Counted from the stretch's first letter, positions 1-9,536 are shown. The stretch is 64,000 bases of DNA from an uncultured Pseudomonadales bacterium (GCA_964393205.1 CAYMSV010000001.1:244581-308580); one strand, 5' to 3'. Numbers and translations are program-made. Notes: generated by a model not told the origin, from the sequence alone.

Positions 1-1673
1 CCAATCGCATCATCATCAATGTTGCAATCAAGTGAGTACATGTCGAGCTGAGTAAGAGTTTTTCCTGATCTAGAGTCTTTTTGAATAGGAGTGTAATTCG
101 ATAATGGTTTGTCAGCGATGATGACTGCGCAAGCGTGCATACCAGCTTGACGAATAGTGCCCTCAACCTTCATGGCCAAGTCAAGTAGTTTTCTAAATCT
201 ACTTTGTTGATAATAATTGCCTAATTCAGGCACAGAATTAATGGCTTGTTTGATAGAGACACGATGACCAGGGTCATTGGGAATAAGTTTGGCGATTTTA
301 TCTGGTTCCTCATAAGGCATGCCCAGAACTCTGCCAATGTCACGAACAGCTACTCTAGCCTCCATTCGACCAAAGGTAATGACTGCTGCTACATGATCTT
401 CACCATATTTTTCAGCTACGTATTTTAAAACTTCATCACGCTTAATATCAGCAAAATCAATATCTATATCGGGAGGGGTTGGTCTTTCTGGATTAAGAAA
501 ACGCTCAAAAGGTAGGCCATGTTTAATTGGATCAAGAGCGGTAATATTTAAACAATAGGAAACTAAAGAACCTGCCGCACTACCTCTGCCTGGTCCAACT
601 GCAATACCCTGTTCTTTAGCCCAGTTAACAAAATCCTGAGTAATTAAAAAATATGCTGGATAACCTTTGTCGTTAATGATTTTAATTTCATAATCTAATC
701 GCTCTTTAATTTCTTTGGAAATTTTCTTGAATTTTTTCTTAGCTGCTTGATAGACCATTTTTTCTAAATAGCTAGCGTAAGTTTCACCCTTTGGTAATTC
801 AAAAGTTGGGAAAATTAAATTGCCAGTAGGTATAGTCAGGTCACACTGATCAGCAATTTTTTTAGTATTACTAATCGCCTCAGGAATATCACTAAAAGCT
901 TCAATCATTTCTTGACTAGATTTAAAATAAAAATCAGGCTGATCAATCATCTTCATTCTTTTGGTGTCGCTAATAAGTTTTCTAGTCTGTACACAAAGTA
1001 AAGCATCTTGAGCAACAGCGTCTTCTTTATTTAAATAGTGAGAGTCATTGGTAGCTACCAAAGGTAGTTTAAGTTGACGAGCAATATTAATTAGTTTCTT
1101 TGTTAGATCATAACTTTCTGGAATGTGGGGGTGTCTTTGAATTTCTAGATAAAAACGATCTTTAAAGATTTTTTTATATTTTTTAAAAATTTCTATAGCT
1201 TGCTGATCCTTATCCTCTAGCAACAAGCGACTAGTGTAACTACTCATGCAGCCACTCAGTAAGATCAAACCTTCGTTATATTTTTCTAAAAGTTCATGAT
1301 CAATGCGGGCTTTATAAGAAAAACCCTCAAAATTAGCTAGGGAAATTAACTTCATTAAGTTTTGATAACCAGTAAAATCTTTAGCGAGTAGAGTTAAGTG
1401 ATATTGATCACTGCCCATTCTAATCTGTTTATCAAATCGAGAGTTTTTGGCTAAGTAAAGCTCAGCTCCAATAATGGCTTTGATACCAGCTTCTTTACAA
1501 GCGTTATAAAAAACAATATGGCCATGCATGTTGCCATGATCGGTGATAGCAACAGCCTCTTGCTCAAATTTTTTAGCTTTTTTAATCAGATCAGGAATTT
1601 TAGTTAGACCATCAAGTATTGAGTATTCAGTGTGGACGTGGAGATGAACAAAGTCATTTTTTTGCAGAGCCAT
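1..1673 (-). CDS. dnaE: DNA polymerase III alpha subunit (DnaE), N-terminal portion; gene continues beyond window start
   Basis: Minus-strand frame is open from the ATG at 1673 to the window edge (not in the ORF track because it is unbounded). Own translation: MALQKNDFVHLHVHTEYS (PHP domain), ...AVAITDHGNMHG..., ...VGPGRGSAAGSLVSYCLNIT, all characteristic Pol III alpha motifs. Confidence 0.85.
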   Translation of the reverse strand, partial: MALQKNDFVHLHVHTEYSILDGLTKIPDLIKKAKKFEQEAVAITDHGNMHGHIVFYNACKEAGIKAIIGAELYLAKNSRFDKQIRMGSDQYHLTLLAKDFTGYQNLMKLISLANFEGFSYKARIDHELLEKYNEGLILLSGCMSSYTSRLLLEDKDQQAIEIFKKYKKIFKDRFYLEIQRHPHIPESYDLTKKLINIARQLKLPLVATNDSHYLNKEDAVAQDALLCVQTRKLISDTKRMKMIDQPDFYFKSSQEMIEAFSDIPEAISNTKKIADQCDLTIPTGNLIFPTFELPKGETYASYLEKMVYQAAKKKFKKISKEIKERLDYEIKIINDKGYPAYFLITQDFVNWAKEQGIAVGPGRGSAAGSLVSYCLNITALDPIKHGLPFERFLNPERPTPPDIDIDFADIKRDEVLKYVAEKYGEDHVAAVITFGRMEARVAVRDIGRVLGMPYEEPDKIAKLIPNDPGHRVSIKQAINSVPELGNYYQQSRFRKLLDLAMKVEGTIRQAGMHACAVIIADKPLSNYTPIQKDSRSGKTLTQLDMYSLDCNIDDDAI

Positions 1674-1727
1674 AACTAGGTTTTAGTATATCTTATTTTG
1701 TGTTAATTTTGCTTTCTAGACTCAGGT

Positions 1728-3056
1728 TTAGCTTTTAAGTTGATCAATCAAAGCTTGTCTTAGCAAATTAACATCAACTTTTTTAGCAATTTTTTTCATA
1801 CTTTGACCAATTAAGAAAGCTAAAACTTCTTTTTTACCTGCCTGATATTTTTTAACCGCGTCTTGATTTTCTGTTAAAACAGAGTCAACAGTTTTTTCAA
1901 TTAATTGATCATCAACATCCTCGATTTTGTTGGCTTGTTGATAGCGCTCAACTATTTGTTCAGGACTATCAGTAAGCTGATAGCTAATTTTTTTATTAAG
2001 TAGATCATTAATAATTTTCACGCTTTTAATTTTTTCTTTCTGTGCCAATATTAATATCTGCTCAAAAAACTCAGCTTTAGTTTTGCTTTTTACCAAGCGC
2101 TTGCTTAAGGCAAGATCCAAGTCAAATTCCTGACTTAGGCGTTGAGCATACTGATCAGGCAGTTCCACTAAACTTTGTCTGATTTCTTCAATTTCTTCTG
2201 GTTTAAATTCTAGTGGAGGTAGGTCTGGGTCTGGGAAATAACGATAATCTTGTGCTTCTTCTTTACTGCGCTGACTAAAGGTTTTTCCAAGCTGGGCATT
2301 GAAACCTCTAGTTTCTTGTTGAGGAGTTTTACCTTGATCAAGTAATTTAGCTTGACGTTCCATCTCATAATTAATAGCTGCCTCCATAAATTTAAAAGAG
2401 TTAATATTTTTACACTCTACTTTATAATTGGGTAAAAAAGTTTCTGAGTCAGTATCTTTTTTTAAAGAAATGTTGGCTTCGAGACGCATCCCTCCCTTTT
2501 CCATATCACAATCGGCGACTTCTAAATAGCGCAAAATTTGTCTTAATTTTTGGCTATACTCTTTGGCTTGTGTAGGAGTTTTAATATCTGTTTCAGTCAC
2601 AATTTCTACCAGTGGCACACCAGAGCGATTGAAATCAATTAAAGTTTGACTACCCTGATGAATGAGCTTAGCTGTGTCTTCTTCTAGATGAATACGATGA
2701 ATTCCCACCCTGCCCTCACTAGTATCTAGCCAACCATCATAACAAAAAGGAATATCATACTGACTGATCTGATAACCCTTTGGTAAGTCAGGATAAAAAT
2801 AATTTTTACGATCAAATTTAGAAAACAAATTAATTTTACAGTTGAGAGCTAAACCAATTTTAATAGTCCATTCAATTGCTTTTTTATTAGCCAAAGGTAA
2901 AGCTCCGGGCATGCCTAAACAAACTGGACAAGTATGAATGTTGGGTTCGGTGGCGCCAAAAGGATCATTCTTACAAGCACAAAACATTTTAGATTGAGTT
3001 TTGAGTTCAGCGTGAACCTCTAAACCACAAACCAACTGATAATTAGTTTTTGACAT
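1728..3056 (-). CDS. gatB: Asp-tRNA(Asn)/Glu-tRNA(Gln) amidotransferase subunit B
   Basis: GatB-like sequence (MSKTNYQLVCGLEVHAELKT...). The start is taken at the ATG that overlaps the gatA stop (TAATG at 3054-3058), not the upstream track start at 3080. Confidence 0.85.
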   Translation of the reverse strand: MSKTNYQLVCGLEVHAELKTQSKMFCACKNDPFGATEPNIHTCPVCLGMPGALPLANKKAIEWTIKIGLALNCKINLFSKFDRKNYFYPDLPKGYQISQYDIPFCYDGWLDTSEGRVGIHRIHLEEDTAKLIHQGSQTLIDFNRSGVPLVEIVTETDIKTPTQAKEYSQKLRQILRYLEVADCDMEKGGMRLEANISLKKDTDSETFLPNYKVECKNINSFKFMEAAINYEMERQAKLLDQGKTPQQETRGFNAQLGKTFSQRSKEEAQDYRYFPDPDLPPLEFKPEEIEEIRQSLVELPDQYAQRLSQEFDLDLALSKRLVKSKTKAEFFEQILILAQKEKIKSVKIINDLLNKKISYQLTDSPEQIVERYQQANKIEDVDDQLIEKTVDSVLTENQDAVKKYQAGKKEVLAFLIGQSMKKIAKKVDVNLLRQALIDQLKS

Positions 3057-4438
3057 TAGCGATTTCTCCAGGTATTCCAAGTAGTATTTTTTTCAAAAGC
3101 ATCAGCTATTTTGATGACTAAATCCTCTCGCCACATTGGGGCAACAAAATTAGCACCCAAAAATAAATTGGTTTTGGGATCTCGATAATAAGGAACACTA
3201 GCGCCTGGTAAACCAGTGACCGAACTAGCTTCGAGCAACATATCTTCTAGCTCTCCAAACATTGGTGAATTAGCAGAAGCGCCAAGTTTTTTAGCAAATC
3301 CAGGAGAGGTTGGGCTAACTAGCACATCATATTTCTTGAACAATTCTTTAAAATCATTTAAATAAAGGGTACGAACTTTTTGCGCTAAATTATAGTATTG
3401 TTCGGCATATCCTTTAGATAAGGTATAAGTGCCAAGCATAATACGTCTTTTAGCTTCATCACCAAAATGTGAACGGTCTTTGCCATAGCGTACTCCGTCA
3501 AAGCGAGCCAGGTTGCTGCTGACTTCGGCACGCTGAACCACAGTATAGACACCAATTGAATAATGAGGGTCAAGGGCTTGAGCCTTTTCAACTTTAGCTC
3601 CTAGCTGACTCAAAATGGCTAGCTCTTGTGCTAATTTTTCATTAGCTTCTTCTACTCCCTTGACATCATGATAAATGACTCCAATCTTTAGACCCTTAAT
3701 ATCTTTGTCCAGAAAACTAGTAAAATCGGGAGCCGCTTCTTGATTGCAAGTACTATCCTTTGAATCTGGTCCAGCAAAAGTATTGAGCACTAAGCAAGCA
3801 TCCTCAATTGTTTTAGCAATTACTCCTGGACTGTCGGTTGAAGAAGCCATAGCAATGACTCCAAAGCGACTCACACGGCCATAACTGGGTTTTAAACCAA
3901 CTGTGCCACACCAGGCCGAAGGTTGTCTAATGGAGCCGGCTGTTTCACTACCTATAGCGGCTAAACACAAATCCGCTGCCACTGCAGCTGCACTGCCACC
4001 AGAAGATCCTCCTGGTAGATAATCGGGATTACGAGGGTTAAGAGTGGGGCCAAAATCACTAGTTTCGGTAGATGAACCATGAGCCCAAGCATCTAAGTTA
4101 GTTTTACCAACAACAACTCCACCTGCTTTTTGTAAACGCTTAGTAACAGTAGATTCATATGGGGGAATAAAGTCTTCTAATATTTTTGAAGAAGCAGTAG
4201 TACGTAAATTCTTAGTACAAAAATTATCTTTGACAGCAATTGGCAAACCTTTTAACAAGCCAGAATTAGCTTGTTGGCTTTGTTCTGTTGCTTGAGTGTT
4301 TAGATTTACATAAATATTGTAAAGTTTATTTTTATCTTCAATTGCTAAATTTAAATCTCGATATAAATGATCGAGTTCCAGTGAACCCTTGCTCAAGCCA
4401 TCAAGAGCTTCTTTAAGTGTTAGTTGATTAAGAGTCAT
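3056..4438 (-). CDS. gatA: Glu-tRNA(Gln) amidotransferase subunit A (amidase family)
   Basis: Amidase signature GGSSGGSAAAVAA. Sits in a gatC-gatA-gatB arrangement. Confidence 0.9.
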   Translation of the reverse strand: MTLNQLTLKEALDGLSKGSLELDHLYRDLNLAIEDKNKLYNIYVNLNTQATEQSQQANSGLLKGLPIAVKDNFCTKNLRTTASSKILEDFIPPYESTVTKRLQKAGGVVVGKTNLDAWAHGSSTETSDFGPTLNPRNPDYLPGGSSGGSAAAVAADLCLAAIGSETAGSIRQPSAWCGTVGLKPSYGRVSRFGVIAMASSTDSPGVIAKTIEDACLVLNTFAGPDSKDSTCNQEAAPDFTSFLDKDIKGLKIGVIYHDVKGVEEANEKLAQELAILSQLGAKVEKAQALDPHYSIGVYTVVQRAEVSSNLARFDGVRYGKDRSHFGDEAKRRIMLGTYTLSKGYAEQYYNLAQKVRTLYLNDFKELFKKYDVLVSPTSPGFAKKLGASANSPMFGELEDMLLEASSVTGLPGASVPYYRDPKTNLFLGANFVAPMWREDLVIKIADAFEKNTTWNTWRNR

Positions 4439-4463
4439 TATTTTATTTTGTCTTTATTGAATG

Positions 4464-4778
4464 TTAATAATCTTCGGTATTTAAAACTTGTGGTACTAAA
4501 AAAAATCCATCTTTTTGTTGAGGAGCATTAGCTAAGGCTTCTTCTTGAGTAAAACTTTGTTTTTCGTCTACCCTATCTTCTCTAGTTACATTTTTGAAAC
4601 CAGTTACCTGATGGGTAGTTTCAACCTGACTGACATCAGCAGTTTTGAGCTGATCGATAACATCTAGAGTTTCTGCAAAATCTTTGGCCAGTTGCTTACT
4701 TTCAGCTTCACTAATAGGAATGTGAGCTAGTTGAGCGATATGTTTGACCTGGTCTTGACTAACTTGGTTTTTTGACAC
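4464..4778 (-). CDS. gatC: Asp/Glu-tRNA amidotransferase subunit C
   Basis: 104 aa with a GatC-like sequence, immediately upstream of gatA. Confidence 0.8.
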   Translation of the reverse strand: MSKNQVSQDQVKHIAQLAHIPISEAESKQLAKDFAETLDVIDQLKTADVSQVETTHQVTGFKNVTREDRVDEKQSFTQEEALANAPQQKDGFFLVPQVLNTEDY

Positions 4779-4833
4779 AATAAGGATTAGTTTAACAGAA
4801 TTTACTTATTTTTTGAGGGGGAATTGTACTTTT

Positions 4834-5739
4834 TTAGCCAGCAATAGCTCTTAGTGCTGCTACTCTTTCAGCTACTGGTGGATGAGTTTGAAAAAGTTTT
4901 TTAAAGTTGGCAACGCTACCCTTAGTATTTTTGAGAGGATCAGCGATATACATATGAGCGGTAGCTTTATTAGCTGCTTCTAAGGGTTCATGATCTTGAC
5001 TAATTTTAATTAATGCCCTAGCTAAACCCTCAGGGTTTTTTGTCATAGCAGCAGCATTAGCATCGGCTAAAAACTCATAGCGTCTAGAAATAGCCAGTTT
5101 GATTAATTGACTAATAATTGGCGCCAAGATAGCCATAAGAATCGCTAGAAAAAAGAAAATAACATCTAGTTGACCGCGATCTCGATCATCTCTTCTTTTG
5201 CCGAACATGGAGGTACGCAAGACCCAGTCTCCCAGCAAAGCTATAAAACCAACCAAAATTGAAACAATGGACATTAACAAAATGTCATAGTTTTTGATAT
5301 GACCAATTTCATGAGCTATAACGCCTTCTATCTCACTGCGATTAAGTCTAGTTAACAAGCCAGTGGTGGCACAAATAACTCCATTTTTAGGATTACGGCC
5401 AGTGGCAAAGGCATTCATAGCGCTATCATCGATGACATAAAGTTTAGGCATCGGTAATCCTTGGCCATTAACAATGTTTTCGGTTACAGTATAAAAATCG
5501 AAATGTTCTTTACGATTAGCGGGTTTAGCTCTAGAAATAGCTAAGACAATTTTGTCAGAAAAAAAGTAACTAAAAAAACTGGTAATTCCTGAGAAAATTA
5601 AAGCCAGTCCAACCATAGAAAGCGGATAATCAAAGCCAATAGCAATAATATAGCTAACGACAGTGACAAAGACGATAAAGCCCAACATTACTAGGAAAGA
5701 GCGACGCTTATTACTGGCTACCAATTGATAATGAGTCAT
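4834..5739 (-). CDS. htpX: Zn-dependent membrane protease HtpX (M48 family)
   Basis: N-terminal TM helices and an HEIGH zinc motif (AHEIGHIKNYD). Confidence 0.85.
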   Translation of the reverse strand: MTHYQLVASNKRRSFLVMLGFIVFVTVVSYIIAIGFDYPLSMVGLALIFSGITSFFSYFFSDKIVLAISRAKPANRKEHFDFYTVTENIVNGQGLPMPKLYVIDDSAMNAFATGRNPKNGVICATTGLLTRLNRSEIEGVIAHEIGHIKNYDILLMSIVSILVGFIALLGDWVLRTSMFGKRRDDRDRGQLDVIFFFLAILMAILAPIISQLIKLAISRRYEFLADANAAAMTKNPEGLARALIKISQDHEPLEAANKATAHMYIADPLKNTKGSVANFKKLFQTHPPVAERVAALRAIAG

Positions 5740-5780
5740 GTTTCAATTATAGCATCTACATAGCTGTATAATAATCATAA

Positions 5781-6488
5781 ATGTGGATAAAAATTTGGCA
5801 AAAAATTATTGAGCGCTGGACCTTTCTACTTGTTCCCTATGGGCAAATTGCTTATGGTCAGAACGCTGAAGATATAGTGCTAGCAAAATTTTTAGATGAG
5901 CGTTTAAAGAATAAACAAAAGCCAGGTTTTTATATTGATATAGGCGCTCACCACCCTTTTCGTTATTCAAATACTTATTATTTTTACAAAAAAGGTTGGA
6001 GGGGTTTAAATATTGATGCTGATGATAAGGCAATTAAATTATTCGAACTTTTTCGCCCCAGAGATATTAATGTTCAGGCTTTAGTAGCAACTCAGAACAA
6101 GGCCTTAACTTATTTTGTTTTTAGTGATCGAGCTTTTAATACTTGTAATTCACTTTTAGCTAAAGAGTTGATAAAAAATAAGCGAGCCAAACTAATTAAA
6201 AAAATCAAAATTAAGCCTCAAAATTTAAAGAACTTGCTTAAAAAATATCTAAAGAAAGAACAAAAAGTTGATTTTTTATCAATTGATGTTGAGGGCATGG
6301 ACGAGAGTGTTTTGCAAGCTTATGATTTTGCTAATTTTGCGCCCGATTTTATTTTGATTGAAGACTTAAGCTTTGTAACTGATGTCTCTCAGCAAAAGTC
6401 TAAAAAAATAGCCCGCTTTTTAAAAAAGCAGGGCTATCATTTTGTTTCTCAAGTTTTTAATACTGCCTTTTGGCAGAAGAAGAATTAA
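5781..6488 (+). CDS. FkbM-family SAM-dependent methyltransferase
   Basis: YIDIGAHHPF...SIDVEGMDESVL pattern typical of Methyltransf_21/FkbM. Confidence 0.6.
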   Translation: MWIKIWQKIIERWTFLLVPYGQIAYGQNAEDIVLAKFLDERLKNKQKPGFYIDIGAHHPFRYSNTYYFYKKGWRGLNIDADDKAIKLFELFRPRDINVQALVATQNKALTYFVFSDRAFNTCNSLLAKELIKNKRAKLIKKIKIKPQNLKNLLKKYLKKEQKVDFLSIDVEGMDESVLQAYDFANFAPDFILIEDLSFVTDVSQQKSKKIARFLKKQGYHFVSQVFNTAFWQKKN

Positions 6489-6489
6489 T

Positions 6490-7068
6490 TTAAAGATCTA
6501 CCTTGGGAGTTTTCATTTCTTCTTGACTAACACTGACGTGTTCGCCAGTCATAGCTGTTTCTAAACCCTTTTCTTCTTTAAAACCGAAGAGTCCAGCAAC
6601 AATGTTTGATGGAAATACCACTAATTTCTCATTGTAACTTTGAGATAAATCAATGACACTGCGTCGAGCATAGGTTAGCTTGTCAGCTGTGTCAGTTAGC
6701 TCATCCATAAACTTTGTGATCGCTTCATTAGCCTTAAGTTCTGGATTGCTTTCAACAACCACCTGAATTTGAGGAATAAGTTTTTGAATGTCAGTAATTG
6801 CTTGATTAATATCTTTACTATTGCCTGTTTTTTCTGCTTTGACAGTTGATTTACGAGCATCGGTTAGCATCTGATAAATGCCTTTTTCGTGCTTCAACTG
6901 GCCCTTAACCGCAGTTTCTAGGCTGGGAATCAAACCAGCTTGGCGCTTCAGTTGATTGCCAATTTCTTGAATACTGGCTTTAATTTGTGTCTTTAAGCGC
7001 TGTAGTCCGTTGTAGATGCTCATAACATAAAGAGCGATAACAACTAGAGCGATTATGATATATAACAT
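6490..7068 (-). CDS. lemA: LemA family membrane protein
   Basis: 192 aa with an N-terminal TM helix and a LemA-like sequence (NGLQRLKTQIKASIQEIGNQLKRQAGLIPSL). Confidence 0.8.
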   Translation of the reverse strand: MLYIIIALVVIALYVMSIYNGLQRLKTQIKASIQEIGNQLKRQAGLIPSLETAVKGQLKHEKGIYQMLTDARKSTVKAEKTGNSKDINQAITDIQKLIPQIQVVVESNPELKANEAITKFMDELTDTADKLTYARRSVIDLSQSYNEKLVVFPSNIVAGLFGFKEEKGLETAMTGEHVSVSQEEMKTPKVDL

Positions 7069-7130
7069 AAAAGTTCCTTTCTTCTATTATTTTTTCATTA
7101 TAGCTTATTTTACAAATTTTGGCTTGTTTA

Positions 7131-7159
7131 TTGCAGTTTTGTTGATTTCCTTTTATAAT
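7131..7159 (+). promoter_or_regulatory. Sigma70-like promoter for tRNA-Asp (-35 TTGCAG, 17-nt spacer, -10 TATAAT)
   Basis: TTGCAG at 7131-7136 and TATAAT at 7154-7159. The tRNA 5' end lies 19 nt downstream. Confidence 0.45.
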
Positions 7160-7177
7160 CCAAGCGCAGATTAAAAA

Positions 7178-7253
7178 GGCCCCGTGGTGTAGCGGTTAAC
7201 ATGTCTCCCTGTCACGGAGAAGATCGTCGGTTCGAATCCGATCGGGGTCGCCA
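7178..7253 (+). tRNA. tRNA-Asp (anticodon GUC), CCA encoded
   Basis: Hand-folded cloverleaf: acceptor GGCCCCG/CGGGGUC, anticodon loop CUGUCAC, T-loop TTCGAAT, discriminator G, then CCA. Confidence 0.85.
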
Positions 7254-7260
7254 AGCAATT

Positions 7261-7287
7261 AAAAAAGACCATTTGGTCTTTTTTTTA
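7261..7287. terminator. Bidirectional intrinsic terminator (A-tract, GACC-ATTT-GGTC hairpin, T-tract)
   Basis: aaaaaaGACCatttGGTCtttttttt lies between the tRNA-Asp 3' end and the stop of the convergent MFS gene. Confidence 0.6.
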
Positions 7288-8475
7288 TTTATTCTCCTTT
7301 GATTTCAATGTTTTTAAAAAACTAATTATCACTGCAATTAATAAAGCCCAACCTAAGCCTCCAACTACTCTAGCTACTGAATAATTGTCTATTAAGCTAC
7401 CCAGCACATAAGCGAAAAGGATATAAGGAATGTTGATTAGCATATTATAAGTAGACAAAGTGGTAGCTCGATACTTTGAGGAAATACTGTTATTGATTTT
7501 ATTACTTACCGAATTAAAAAATATTTCATTGAGTCCATTTCTCAGAACGATTAAGGCTGTAGTGACGAGTATGCCCAAATAAGGAGAAATTAGCATGTTA
7601 ATACTAATTAAAAGAGCTGAAAAAATAATACTAAGCCATTGTCCAAGCAATCTATTTAAATAATTGCTGAGTTGGCTAATTGCAGCAGCTAAGACAAAAC
7701 TAATTGAAAAGATTAGTCCCAATTGTGTTTCTGTCCAACCTTGGGCCACGAGCTGAATGTCTATTAGTGAGTGAACATTGATTATAACAACTAGGCCCAT
7801 CAAGACCATTAGAATATTTTGTCTGATGTTTTTGTTTGTGCTGAATAATTCTTGAAAACCCCTGCTAACTTGTTGACGGTAATTTTTCCAAGAGAATATC
7901 TCGCTATCTATTGGAGGCTCTTTTAGGTAGAAGGTAAAAAAGACAGCAACCAATTGAAGAGCTGCTACAAAGATAAAGGGTAAACCAGGAAAAACCTTAT
8001 ACATTATTCCACCAGCTATGCTTGCTATAGCAAAACTGAGCATCTTAATGCTAGAGATATTGGCTAAAACTTTTTGATACTTTTTTTCCTGATTGTTTGT
8101 CAGTAAAGAATCGTAAATTAAGGCCTCGATGGTGCCAGAGCTTAGAACGCTGGCTAGGGTAATGATAGTGACAGCAATAATCAATAATGAAAAAGAAGGG
8201 GCAAGTCCCATGGTTAAATTTCCCAAAAAACTACATATAAATGCCAAAGTTAATGTGTTTTTTTTACCAATCAAATCAGCAATTGCTCCCGTAGGGATTT
8301 CTCCAGCGACCATAATTAGAACCATAGTCGATTCCAAAAGACCAATACCGGCGTAATCAGTAAATCTTAGATAGAACAACACCCAGATTGCTATCCAAAA
8401 TAAACTGTGTTGGAGAGCAGTCAGGATGTATATTATAGAAATATTATTTTTTAATTTTTTGTCTATTTCTTGCAC
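7285..8475 (-). CDS. MFS family transporter
   Basis: 396 aa, about 12 predicted TM helices, MFS-like N-terminal half. Confidence 0.7.
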   Translation of the reverse strand: MQEIDKKLKNNISIIYILTALQHSLFWIAIWVLFYLRFTDYAGIGLLESTMVLIMVAGEIPTGAIADLIGKKNTLTLAFICSFLGNLTMGLAPSFSLLIIAVTIITLASVLSSGTIEALIYDSLLTNNQEKKYQKVLANISSIKMLSFAIASIAGGIMYKVFPGLPFIFVAALQLVAVFFTFYLKEPPIDSEIFSWKNYRQQVSRGFQELFSTNKNIRQNILMVLMGLVVIINVHSLIDIQLVAQGWTETQLGLIFSISFVLAAAISQLSNYLNRLLGQWLSIIFSALLISINMLISPYLGILVTTALIVLRNGLNEIFFNSVSNKINNSISSKYRATTLSTYNMLINIPYILFAYVLGSLIDNYSVARVVGGLGWALLIAVIISFLKTLKSKENK

Positions 8476-8563
8476 GGTTTAATTGTATCATTTAGTAGAG
8501 ATGATCTGCTTAAAAATTTTCAAATATTTAGATTAATAAAAAATGCTAAAATATAATCTGATA

Positions 8564-8634
8564 GCGACCGTAGTTCAGCGGTAGAATGCGAGCTTCCCAA
8601 GCTTGAGGTGAGGGTTCGACTCCCTTCGGTCGCT
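8564..8634 (+). tRNA. tRNA-Gly (anticodon CCC), no CCA encoded
   Basis: Acceptor GCGACCG/CGGUCGC, anticodon stem CGAGC/GCUUG with loop UUCCCAA, T-loop TTCGACT. Confidence 0.8.
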
Positions 8635-8654
8635 CAGCACACTGTTATTTAAAA

Positions 8655-8728
8655 GCCAAAGTAGCTCAGCTGGCTAGAGCAGCGGTATCGTAAACCGCAG
8701 GTCGTGGGTTCGATTCCCACCTTTGGCT
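8655..8728 (+). tRNA. tRNA-Thr (anticodon CGU), no CCA encoded
   Basis: Acceptor GCCAAAG/CUUUGGC, D-stem GCUC/GAGC, anticodon stem GCGGU/ACCGC with loop AUCGUAA, T-loop TTCGATT. Confidence 0.8.
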
Positions 8729-8762
8729 CATCTAATTTTTTTATCTTTATGTTATTATTAAA

Positions 8763-9536
8763 TTGATAAATATGCCAAGATCACGTCGTTATTCTGCAGT
8801 TTATAAGAGCAAAAGTCGCTCAAAAAAGGGTAGCTCTCGCTTGTTAAAAAAGCAGGAAAAAGAGATGCGCAAGCAAACCCTCTTTTTTATTGTTTTATCA
8901 ATAGCCTTATTATTGTTTTTTATTTTCATTATTATTCCCAATTTGATTAGATTATTTTTTAATTTTTTTGATAATGACGTTAATTTTAATGTTGAAGACG
9001 ATTTGCCCCCACAAGCTCCAGTTTTATCCTCACCTCCTCCAGAGGCCACTTTTAGTGCTCAATTAAAGCTAGAAGGTTTCGCTGATCCAGAATCAAAGGT
9101 AGTCTTTGTCTTGAATGGCGAACAAGTAGAAGAAAAACAAGTTAATGATGAAGGTGAATTTGATCAAGAAATTAGCTTAGAAAAAGGAGAAAATCAACTG
9201 ACTGTTTATTCTATTAACGAGGCTGGTACGGAATCTTTGCAAAGTAAAACTTATCAAATTGTTTATGATGATGAGGCGCCAATTATCAGCATTATTGAGC
9301 CAGAGCCAGACAGTGTTATTGAGTTAAAACGCAACCGCAACACGCAGATAGTTGGAGAAACCGAGCCTCTTTCTAGAGTCTATTTAAACGATCGCTTAAT
9401 TTTAGTTGATGAGGATGGTCAATTTAGCAGCAACTATTACTTGGATGAAGGTGAAAATGTCTTAAAATTTTTGGCCATTGATAAAGCTGGAAATGAAAGT
9501 GAGCTGGAAATTAAAGTCGAGTTTCTCAATAATTAA
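8763..9536 (+). CDS. Membrane-anchored hypothetical protein with Ig-like (Big-type) extracellular repeats
   Basis: Basic N-terminus, one TM helix, a PPQAPVLSSPPPEA linker, then about two beta-rich repeats. Confidence 0.55.
   Translation: MINMPRSRRYSAVYKSKSRSKKGSSRLLKKQEKEMRKQTLFFIVLSIALLLFFIFIIIPNLIRLFFNFFDNDVNFNVEDDLPPQAPVLSSPPPEATFSAQLKLEGFADPESKVVFVLNGEQVEEKQVNDEGEFDQEISLEKGENQLTVYSINEAGTESLQSKTYQIVYDDEAPIISIIEPEPDSVIELKRNRNTQIVGETEPLSRVYLNDRLILVDEDGQFSSNYYLDEGENVLKFLAIDKAGNESELEIKVEFLNN

Noticed and set aside
246-428. 60-aa plus-strand ORF
   Set aside because: It lies entirely antisense within the dnaE coding region and has no RBS or recognisable protein features.
3385-3591. 68-aa minus-strand ORF inside gatA
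   Set aside because: Out-of-frame overlap within a well-supported gatA frame; likely spurious.
8801-9049. 82-aa antisense ORF (MASGGGEDKTGACGG...)
   Set aside because: It sits opposite the 5' end of the Ig-like protein gene and its translation is low-complexity. The same reasoning applies to the other short antisense ORFs in the track (5806-6033, 8129-8356, 9816-10010, 10206-10412, 12925-13122, 14902-15090, 15212-15790, 16205-16423, 20184-20777, 21136-21948, 24868-25101, 26928-27131, 28282-28823, 32196-32429, 36802-37041, 41927-42127, 44289-44704, 45934-46313, 46906-47118, 47446-47637, 48415-48651, 48998-49471, 50210-50416, 51636-52151, 52360-52566, 54984-55181, 55364-55591, 56394-56678, 60919-61212).
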